64,000 bases of DNA from Candidatus Limnocylindria bacterium (GTDB lineage: Bacteria > Chloroflexota > Limnocylindria > Limnocylindrales > CSP1-4): the NCBI GenBank assembly GCA_035514295.1, contig DATKBB010000116.1, positions 8,496 through 72,495 on the forward strand. Direction: 5' to 3'. Below are positions 55,042 to 61,941 of the stretch, piece after piece. Numbering within the stretch: position 1 is the stretch's first letter; every line of letters starts with the position of its first letter. Both the position numbers and the translations under genes were made by a program. Under the pieces are notes generated by a model, which had not been told where the DNA came from, did no database searches, and saw nothing but the letters and a program-made list of their open reading frames with translations.

Positions 55042-56634
55042 CTACAGCCCGATGGGATCGTCGCGCTCCTCCGCCGTAAGTGTTGCCTCTACCGATCGTC
55101 GCCCCCGGCGCGCAGCCACCTGCTCGAACCGTTGTTGTGCGCGCTCGCCGCCCGGCAGCGCCTGGGTCACGAACTCGATCAACTGATGCAACAGCGCGCG
55201 GTCGAGCACATACAACGCTCCAACGTACGCCGCGGCGCCCACCCCGAATTCCACCAAGAGCAGGACGACGTTGTCGACGCGTGGATGCATCAGCCACTTG
55301 GCGGCTAGGACGGCGCCCGCCATCAGCACCGTGGCCGCGACGGTGCCCCGAAGGCGGGAGAGGTAGGCGCGGGTGGGGATACCAGCGTAGCGGCGCTGGA
55401 AGAACAGCTGGAGAGGCACCATCAGGTAACCGCGAACGACGAAGGCGGCGGCGACGGCAACGATGCCGAACGAGACTGCGAGTGCGAAGCCGGTCACCGC
55501 CGTGATGGTGTTGACGAGGCGCAACCGAAGGGCTATGTCGGGCCTCCCCACCACCGACAACAACGTGACGCCGAATCCCTGAACCGCGAGCGCCGGACCG
55601 ACCAGGAAGAGCACCGCCGCCACCGGAACGGCCTCGTCCCATTTGCCGCCGAAGACAGCCCGGATCAGCTCCGGTGCGACGAGCGCCATGCCGACGTAGG
55701 CGGGCAGCACCACCCCTGCCGTGACGCGGGTGATCCGAAAGTAGGCTGCCTGCAGCCGTGTCGGTTCGTGCTGTAGGCGCGAGAGTGCTGGAAAGGCGAC
55801 CTTACGCGCGATGCCGTGAAGCAGGTGGTTGCCGGCATCCAGGATGCGGTAGGCGATCGCGTAGTGGCCGAGAGCGGGCGTGCCCAGCACCGCACCGATG
55901 AGCAAATTGTCTGAGTACCGTGTGAAGTATCCAAGAAGGTCGCCGCCCACGATGTTCGCGCCGTAGCCGAACAGGTCGCGGAAGTGGCGCCTGCTGAAGT
56001 TCGGCCGTGGCCGCCACGGACTGGCGACCATGAGTGCCACCGCCGACAAGACGGCAGTGAGCAGCTGCTGCACGACCAACGCCCACACGCCGTACCCCGC
56101 CAGTGCCAGGAAGACACCGGCTGCTCCGCCGCCGACGATTGAGAACATCGTGCGCAGGGCGAGGCTGCGGAAGCGCATCTCGCGCCGCAGAATGCCCATT
56201 GGCACCGCGGACACGGCGGTCAGGAGGAACGCGAGCGAGAGCGCCTGCAGGACGGGCTGCAGACGAGGCTCGCCCAGCAGCGTGGCGATCGGTATCGCAA
56301 GAACAACGCCGCCGGCGGTCAGGACGGCGCCCATCGACAGCGCTGCCCAGAAGGCGCTGTCCAGGTGTTCCCGCTCCAGCACGCGGCGCTGGATGATGGC
56401 GTCGCCCATGCCCTGGTCGACGAACAGCGAGGCGAGCATGACGAAGACCATCGCCAGGGCCACCAGGCCGAAGTCCTGCGGCGGGAGGAGGCGGGCGAGG
56501 ATAACGAAGACGAGCAACTGAAGCAGCTGCCGGCCCCAGTTGTCGATCAACGCCCAGCGTGTGGCGCGTGCCGTGCGGCGCCGGAGGTTGGCGCTATCCG
56601 AGCCGTGGTCGGCAGGCTCCCATGGTTTGCTCAT
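55042..56634 (-). CDS. MOP-superfamily polysaccharide flippase (Wzx-like)
   Basis: ATG at 56634. About 14 hydrophobic helices. The N-terminus RATRWALIDNWGRQLLQLLVFVILARLLPPQDFGLVA is typical of Polysacc_synt proteins. Confidence 0.8.
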   Translation of the reverse strand: MSKPWEPADHGSDSANLRRRTARATRWALIDNWGRQLLQLLVFVILARLLPPQDFGLVALAMVFVMLASLFVDQGMGDAIIQRRVLEREHLDSAFWAALSMGAVLTAGGVVLAIPIATLLGEPRLQPVLQALSLAFLLTAVSAVPMGILRREMRFRSLALRTMFSIVGGGAAGVFLALAGYGVWALVVQQLLTAVLSAVALMVASPWRPRPNFSRRHFRDLFGYGANIVGGDLLGYFTRYSDNLLIGAVLGTPALGHYAIAYRILDAGNHLLHGIARKVAFPALSRLQHEPTRLQAAYFRITRVTAGVVLPAYVGMALVAPELIRAVFGGKWDEAVPVAAVLFLVGPALAVQGFGVTLLSVVGRPDIALRLRLVNTITAVTGFALAVSFGIVAVAAAFVVRGYLMVPLQLFFQRRYAGIPTRAYLSRLRGTVAATVLMAGAVLAAKWLMHPRVDNVVLLLVEFGVGAAAYVGALYVLDRALLHQLIEFVTQALPGGERAQQRFEQVAARRGRRSVEATLTAEERDDPIGL

Positions 56635-56732
56635 CGGGATCGCTTCGCATTGACCACGCGAGGAAAGTGTACCGGCGCACGCTCGATCGCTGAGTTCGAC
56701 CGCGCGCGGTCGAACCACTTAACATCGGCGTA

Positions 56733-58031
56733 GTGTCACCCTCTCGGCGTCCTGCGACCTTGCCTCGAAAGGGGGTCCGCGTACTCATTGTCGCGCCAGC
56801 GCCGCTGGGGGATGCGCGCATTGGAGGCATCGTGAACTTCATTCGCGGCTTTGTCCGCTACATGCCTTCTGACTTCGAGGCGGAGATCGTGGGCATCGCA
56901 GTTGGCGAAGACCATTCGGGCAGCGGCTGGCGGGAGATCACTCTCGCGGGCCGGGGCGTCCGATTCCTTCCAGTTGCCCGCATGCCGCAGGCACGCCGAT
57001 CCGGCCGACTCCCGACCAAGGCACGTATCGTCGCCGGGATGTTGCGCCACCGCGCGCGGATTGCGACTGCTGGCCGCGTCGCTCAGATCCACGCGCCCGC
57101 GATGGACCTGAGCCTGCTCGGGCGCCAGGTGCCGACGGTACGGGTAGTCCACAACGCGCCAAGGGACCTGGCGACGAATCGCGGCGAAAGCGCCTGGCGC
57201 CGGTTCGCCGTAGGGCTCTACCTCGCCGAACGGCTCACGTTCCGCCGCTCGAGCCTCGTCTACTTCGTGAACCAGAAAACGTACGACGAGTATGCAGAAG
57301 CGATGACGGCCAGTGCCAGCTCGATGCGGTACCTGCCCAATTTCGTAGACACGTCTAGCTTCCTGCCACGCTTTGGCGAAGAGCGAAGTGCGCTGCGGAA
57401 GGAGCTGGGCAACGTTGTCGGCGTTGACCCAGGCGCACCCTGGCTCCTCTTTGCCGGCCGGCTCGATCCGCAGAAGGACCCGCTGCTCGCCTTACGGTCG
57501 TTCGTCGCGGCTATCCAATCGGATCCGACTTCCCAAGCTCGACTGCTGATCGCCGGCGACGGCACTCTCCGCGTAGTTTCCGAGCGAGCTGTGACCGAGG
57601 CGGGGATCGTCGATCGCGTCGCCTTCACGGGCACCTTGCCGCAGGAGACGCTGGCGAAGCTGATGAGTGTTGCAGACGCGTTCCTGCTGACGTCGTCGTT
57701 TGAGGCTGGACCGACCGTCGCGTACGAAGCGCTGGCATCGGGCTTGCCCGTCGTTTCCACGGCCGTAGGCGAAGTGCCTCGACTGGTCCGCCACGGCGAG
57801 ACCGGGTGGCTGGTTGGGAGCGCCGATCCGGCCCAGCTGGGAGCCGGCATCCTATGGGCTCTCAGCAGGGACCGCGCGGTGGCGGCCGAGGCGTGCGCGC
57901 GATCGATGGCGCCGTACCACCTCGAGACGGTGCTGAAGGCTTTCTACGACGAGCATCGCCGGCTCGCCCTCGGTGAGCTGGAGGCCATGTATGATGGCGA
58001 CCGCCCTGACCGCTCCACGGAGTCGCCGTGA
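56733..58031 (+). CDS. family-4 (GT-B, group 1) glycosyltransferase
   Basis: LLFAGRLDPQKDPL and the E-x7-E motif SSFEAGPTVAYEALASGLPVV. Confidence 0.8.
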   Translation: MSPSRRPATLPRKGVRVLIVAPAPLGDARIGGIVNFIRGFVRYMPSDFEAEIVGIAVGEDHSGSGWREITLAGRGVRFLPVARMPQARRSGRLPTKARIVAGMLRHRARIATAGRVAQIHAPAMDLSLLGRQVPTVRVVHNAPRDLATNRGESAWRRFAVGLYLAERLTFRRSSLVYFVNQKTYDEYAEAMTASASSMRYLPNFVDTSSFLPRFGEERSALRKELGNVVGVDPGAPWLLFAGRLDPQKDPLLALRSFVAAIQSDPTSQARLLIAGDGTLRVVSERAVTEAGIVDRVAFTGTLPQETLAKLMSVADAFLLTSSFEAGPTVAYEALASGLPVVSTAVGEVPRLVRHGETGWLVGSADPAQLGAGILWALSRDRAVAAEACARSMAPYHLETVLKAFYDEHRRLALGELEAMYDGDRPDRSTESP

Positions 58032-58975
58032 CACGCCGTCCCAACCTGTTCATCGTTGGCGCGCCCAAGAGCGGCACGACCTCGCTCTACGACTACCTGC
58101 ACGGCCACTCCGACGTCTTCATGTCGCCGATCAAGGAGCCGATTTACTTCGCGCCCGACATGCAGGCTGGCTTCAAGCACCGCTTCCGCCACGGCGAAGA
58201 CGAGAAGGAGTACTTGGCGCTGTTCGATGGCGCGCACGACGAGCGCTACGTGGGCGAGGCTTCGACGCGCTACCTAGCTTCCCCGATGGCGCCGGCACTG
58301 ATCCGCGAGTTCGCGCCCGACGCGCGGATCGTGGCGATGCTGCGCAATCCGGTCGACATGGTCTACGCGCTGCACAACGAGCGCGTCTCGCAGCAGGCAG
58401 AGGATGTGACCGACTTCGAGGCAGCGATTGCCCTCGACCATGAACGACGCGAGGGCCGCCGGCTGCCCCGCGGCTCCAATGCGCTGGGAGCCGTGTATCG
58501 TGACAACGCGATGTTTGGCGCGCAGCTGATGCGCTGGCTGGATACCCTCGGCCGAGATCACGTATACGTCATCATCTTCGACGACTTCGCGCGCGACACC
58601 GCCGCCGAGTTCCGTCGGCTGCTCGACTACCTGGGCATCGATCCTTCGTACCGCCCGCCCCAGTTCGCAGTCGTAAACAAGAGTCACCGCAGCCGCGGCG
58701 GGCTGGCGCGAGCGCTGTTCGCCAGCCCCGTCGCACATGTCGTCCGCCACAGCGTCATGCCGGCCGTCATCGGAGAAGACAACGCCGCCCGCGCGGCGCG
58801 ACGCCTGCGCCACAGCCGGATCAACCGTCGGGCCAACCCGCGACCGCCGCTAGATCGCGAGTTCCGGCGCCGGCTGGAGCGCGAGTTCGAGGCCGATGTC
58901 GCCGTCCTGAGCCGGCTGGTCGACCGCGACCTCAGCAGCGAGTGGCTGGGCAAGCCAGTCGCGGCGCCCGCCTAG
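58028..58975 (+). CDS. sulfotransferase (group A paralog 3)
   Basis: FIVGAPKSGTTSL and MLRNPVDMVYALH. 4-nt overlap with the GT4 gene. Confidence 0.8.
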   Translation: MTRRPNLFIVGAPKSGTTSLYDYLHGHSDVFMSPIKEPIYFAPDMQAGFKHRFRHGEDEKEYLALFDGAHDERYVGEASTRYLASPMAPALIREFAPDARIVAMLRNPVDMVYALHNERVSQQAEDVTDFEAAIALDHERREGRRLPRGSNALGAVYRDNAMFGAQLMRWLDTLGRDHVYVIIFDDFARDTAAEFRRLLDYLGIDPSYRPPQFAVVNKSHRSRGGLARALFASPVAHVVRHSVMPAVIGEDNAARAARRLRHSRINRRANPRPPLDREFRRRLEREFEADVAVLSRLVDRDLSSEWLGKPVAAPA

Positions 58976-58979
58976 CGGT

Positions 58980-60014
58980 GTGACTGCTGGACCGCTCGGC
59001 GGCAGCCGCACGGCTCGCTCATCTGCAGCAAATCGGCCCGTGACCCAGACCGCACCTGAGTCCGACGGGCCCACCGCCAGCCACGCGCAGCCCGCGCCCG
59101 CCGAGCCCGAGGCGATCTTCGTCGTGGGTGTCCACCGTAGCGGGACGACGTTGATGCGCGACATCCTCGAGCGTTCCGAGCACGTCGCCATCGCGCGTGA
59201 GAACCACTTCCTCGGCCACCTGCGCGAGAAGGAGGGGGCGCGCTACTACTTCCGACAGGCGGGCGACCTGGCCGATGACGCCACCATCCGGCGCATCGCC
59301 GACATGATCTACGGCGGCGAGTTCCGGCGTCGCTCACGCTGGCGGGACGTGAGCACCTTCTGGCGCTGGCTGGTCGAGAACGTCCCCCAGGACGAGATAG
59401 TCCACCGGTTGGTGGTCGAGGAGAGATCGGAGCGCGGGCTGATGCGCGGCTTCATGCGCGCCTACGCCGATGCGCGCGGCCGGCCGGTGATGGGCGAGAA
59501 GACGCCCGCCCACCTGGCTTACGTGGATACCCTGCTCGAGTGGTTTCCCAACGCCAGGGTGATCCACATGCTCCGCGACCCGCGCGCCGTCTACGTTTCC
59601 GATTTGCGCCGGCGAAGCACGCGCCCGCCGCACCGTACGTCGTGGCTGCTCAAGATCCCGCGGCCTCTCCTGCCGCCGATCATCCTCGTCCAGACGGTTT
59701 TGCTCTGGCGGGCGGCCGTCCGCCGCCACGCCGCCTACGCGGCGCGCTACCCGGACCGGTACCGCCTGGTCCGCTTCGAGGACGTCGTCCGCCGGCCGGA
59801 CGAAACGCTGGGCGCGCTGTTTGACTTCCTTCGCGTGCCGATGCCGGTCGACCCTACGGAAGTCAAGGTCGTCTCGCGTGGCTTCCGCCTGGGCGAGCAG
59901 GGCCTGGATGCGGCGGCGGCCGATCGCTGGCGTGAGCACATTGGCCCGCTCGCGAGGCGGTTTCTCGGGCTCACCCTGCGCGGCCCGATGCGCCGCCACG
60001 GGTACAACGACTAA
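58980..60014 (+). CDS. sulfotransferase (group B)
   Basis: FVVGVHRSGTTLM and MLRDPRAVYVSDL. The first ~45 aa are low complexity, so the true start may lie further in. Confidence 0.7.
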   Translation: MTAGPLGGSRTARSSAANRPVTQTAPESDGPTASHAQPAPAEPEAIFVVGVHRSGTTLMRDILERSEHVAIARENHFLGHLREKEGARYYFRQAGDLADDATIRRIADMIYGGEFRRRSRWRDVSTFWRWLVENVPQDEIVHRLVVEERSERGLMRGFMRAYADARGRPVMGEKTPAHLAYVDTLLEWFPNARVIHMLRDPRAVYVSDLRRRSTRPPHRTSWLLKIPRPLLPPIILVQTVLLWRAAVRRHAAYAARYPDRYRLVRFEDVVRRPDETLGALFDFLRVPMPVDPTEVKVVSRGFRLGEQGLDAAAADRWREHIGPLARRFLGLTLRGPMRRHGYND

Positions 60015-60038
60015 AGCGAAGCCGGGCTCGAATCGCAA

Positions 60039-60063
60039 GCGCCGCTCCCGAAGGGGCCGGCGC
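60039..60063. terminator. GC-rich hairpin (GCGCCG-ctccc-gaa-ggggc-CGGCGC) between convergent genes
   Basis: Read directly. Lies between the stops at 60014 (+) and 60091 (-). Confidence 0.4.
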
Positions 60064-60090
60064 CTCGATGACGTGTAGGCCGATCGTCCG

Positions 60091-60432
60091 TCAGCTGGCC
60101 TGCACCTCGCGGAAGCAGTCGGAGCAGTAGACCGGCCGGTCCATGCGCGGCTTGAAGGGCACCTGTGCGGCGTTGCCGCACTTGGAACATATGACTGCGA
60201 AGTACTCGCGTTGCGGGCGGTACTCGCCGCGCTCATAGCCGCGCGGACCACCGATCTCACGCACGTCGTAGTCGCTCGACTCGCGCATCGTGCGTCGCGC
60301 GGCGCGGCAGCCCGGGCAGCGCTTGGGATCCGATGCGAACCCCTTCTGAGCGTAGAACTCCTGGTCCGCCGCTGAGTGGACGAACTCCACGCCGCAGTCG
60401 GCGCAGGTCAGCGTTCGATCTGTGTAGGACAC
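60091..60432 (-). CDS. small protein with two CxxC...CxxC zinc-ribbon modules
   Basis: GTG at 60432 with GGAGGAGG upstream. CADCG...CPGC and CSKCG...CSDC. The rest of ORF 60091..61038 is not coding. Confidence 0.65.
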   Translation of the reverse strand: MSYTDRTLTCADCGVEFVHSAADQEFYAQKGFASDPKRCPGCRAARRTMRESSDYDVREIGGPRGYERGEYRPQREYFAVICSKCGNAAQVPFKPRMDRPVYCSDCFREVQAS

Positions 60433-60772
60433 CGACGTCGGACCTCCTCCCCATGGAACCGGTTTCAGCCTGTGCAACTGGCCCGGCCCGCTGGGACGTA
60501 GGCAACTAGGCCGTGGCGACTGTATCGAGCCGGGCGCCGCGCTACCCAGGTGTCTGCCGAGGTCCCTGACTGGGGCGCACCGGTTACGAGCGAAGGTTAC
60601 CACGGACCGACCGCCGAACTGCCTCCGCAGCGTCGAGGGCACGGCCTCAAGTAGTCCATCCTTCCCATTTCGCGGTGCTCGCGGGATGTCAGAATGGTTG
60701 CCAGCCGTCAACACCCGAGCGCCGAGACCGGCGCCGCCAGAGGCAATTCCTGCGGAGGGGCCGATCGCCGAC

Positions 60773-61939
60773 ATGCTCCGTCTCATGCACATGGCCGACG
60801 TGCACCTGGGTGCCCGCCACCACGACCTGGGAGCGGCCGCCGCCGCCCAGCGCGAGCGCCAGTTCGCCGCGTTCCGGCGCGCCGTCGAGCTGGCCATCGC
60901 CGAGAAGGTGCAGCTGGTGCTCATCTGCGGCGACCTGTTCGACTCCAACAACCAGCCGCGCCGGTCGGTCGAGCGGGCGGCGGCCGAGCTGGCCCGCCTG
61001 GCCGAGCGCGGCATTCCGGTGGTGATCATCCCGGGCACGCACGACGTCTACGACTCGAGCTCCATCTACCGCGCCTTCGACCTGGCTGCGCTGGCCGGGC
61101 TGCCAGCGGACGGCGACCAGTTGGTGGTGCTGACCGACACGCGCAGCGAGGTGCGCTTCGCCGACCTGGGCCTGACCGTCCACGGACGTGTCTCGCGTGT
61201 CAAGCGCGCCGCGGCCAGCCCGCTGGCCGGCTTCCATGCGCCCGCCGACGACGGCTGGCAGATCGGCATGATCCACGGCTCGCTGGCCGTGCCGGGCAAG
61301 GTGGAACAGGACGACGTGCTGTTCAGCGAGGCGGAAGTCGAGGGCAGCGGCCTGGACTACCTGGCCCTTGGCCATTGGCACTCTCGTTTGGACGGTCGAG
61401 CAGGCGGCACCACCTGGGCCTACTCCGGCGCGCTGGAGCCGCTGGCCCTCGACCAGGACGGCGCCGGCCAGGTGCTGCTGGTCACTCTCAGCCAGAAGGG
61501 CGGGCAGCGCGAGGTGCGCCTGGAGGCCCGGCCGGTGGGTCAGAGCAAGGTGCGCCGCATCGAGCTCGATGCGGGCGACTTCGCCTCCCAGCCCGCGCTG
61601 GCCGCCAGCCTCACCCAACTGGCCGATGCGGACCTGGTGGCCGACGTGCGGCTGGTTGGCCTGCGCCGGCCGGAGCTGGACCTGCACCTCGACGAGCTCG
61701 AGCAACAACTGGCGCCCTCCTTCCTGCGGCTGCGCCTGCGCGACGATTCGCTGGCGCCGCTGCCCGAAGGGCCGCTGCCGCCGGCCGACACGATCATGGG
61801 CGCCTTCGTGCGTGACCTGACGGCCCGCATCGAGGAGGGCGAACGGGAGGCTGACGAGGCGCGCGTGAGCGAGCTGCGCGAGGCGCTGCACATCGGCCGG
61901 CTGCTGCTCGACGACCCCGAGCGGGTGGGGCTCGCCTGA
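60773..61939 (+). CDS. Mre11/SbcD-type metallophosphoesterase (YhaO/SbcF-like DNA repair exonuclease)
   Basis: ATG at 60773. Phosphoesterase motifs HMADVHLG, CGDLFD and IIPGTHD, then GHWH. Confidence 0.8.
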   Translation: MLRLMHMADVHLGARHHDLGAAAAAQRERQFAAFRRAVELAIAEKVQLVLICGDLFDSNNQPRRSVERAAAELARLAERGIPVVIIPGTHDVYDSSSIYRAFDLAALAGLPADGDQLVVLTDTRSEVRFADLGLTVHGRVSRVKRAAASPLAGFHAPADDGWQIGMIHGSLAVPGKVEQDDVLFSEAEVEGSGLDYLALGHWHSRLDGRAGGTTWAYSGALEPLALDQDGAGQVLLVTLSQKGGQREVRLEARPVGQSKVRRIELDAGDFASQPALAASLTQLADADLVADVRLVGLRRPELDLHLDELEQQLAPSFLRLRLRDDSLAPLPEGPLPPADTIMGAFVRDLTARIEEGEREADEARVSELREALHIGRLLLDDPERVGLA

Positions 61940-61941
61940 CG

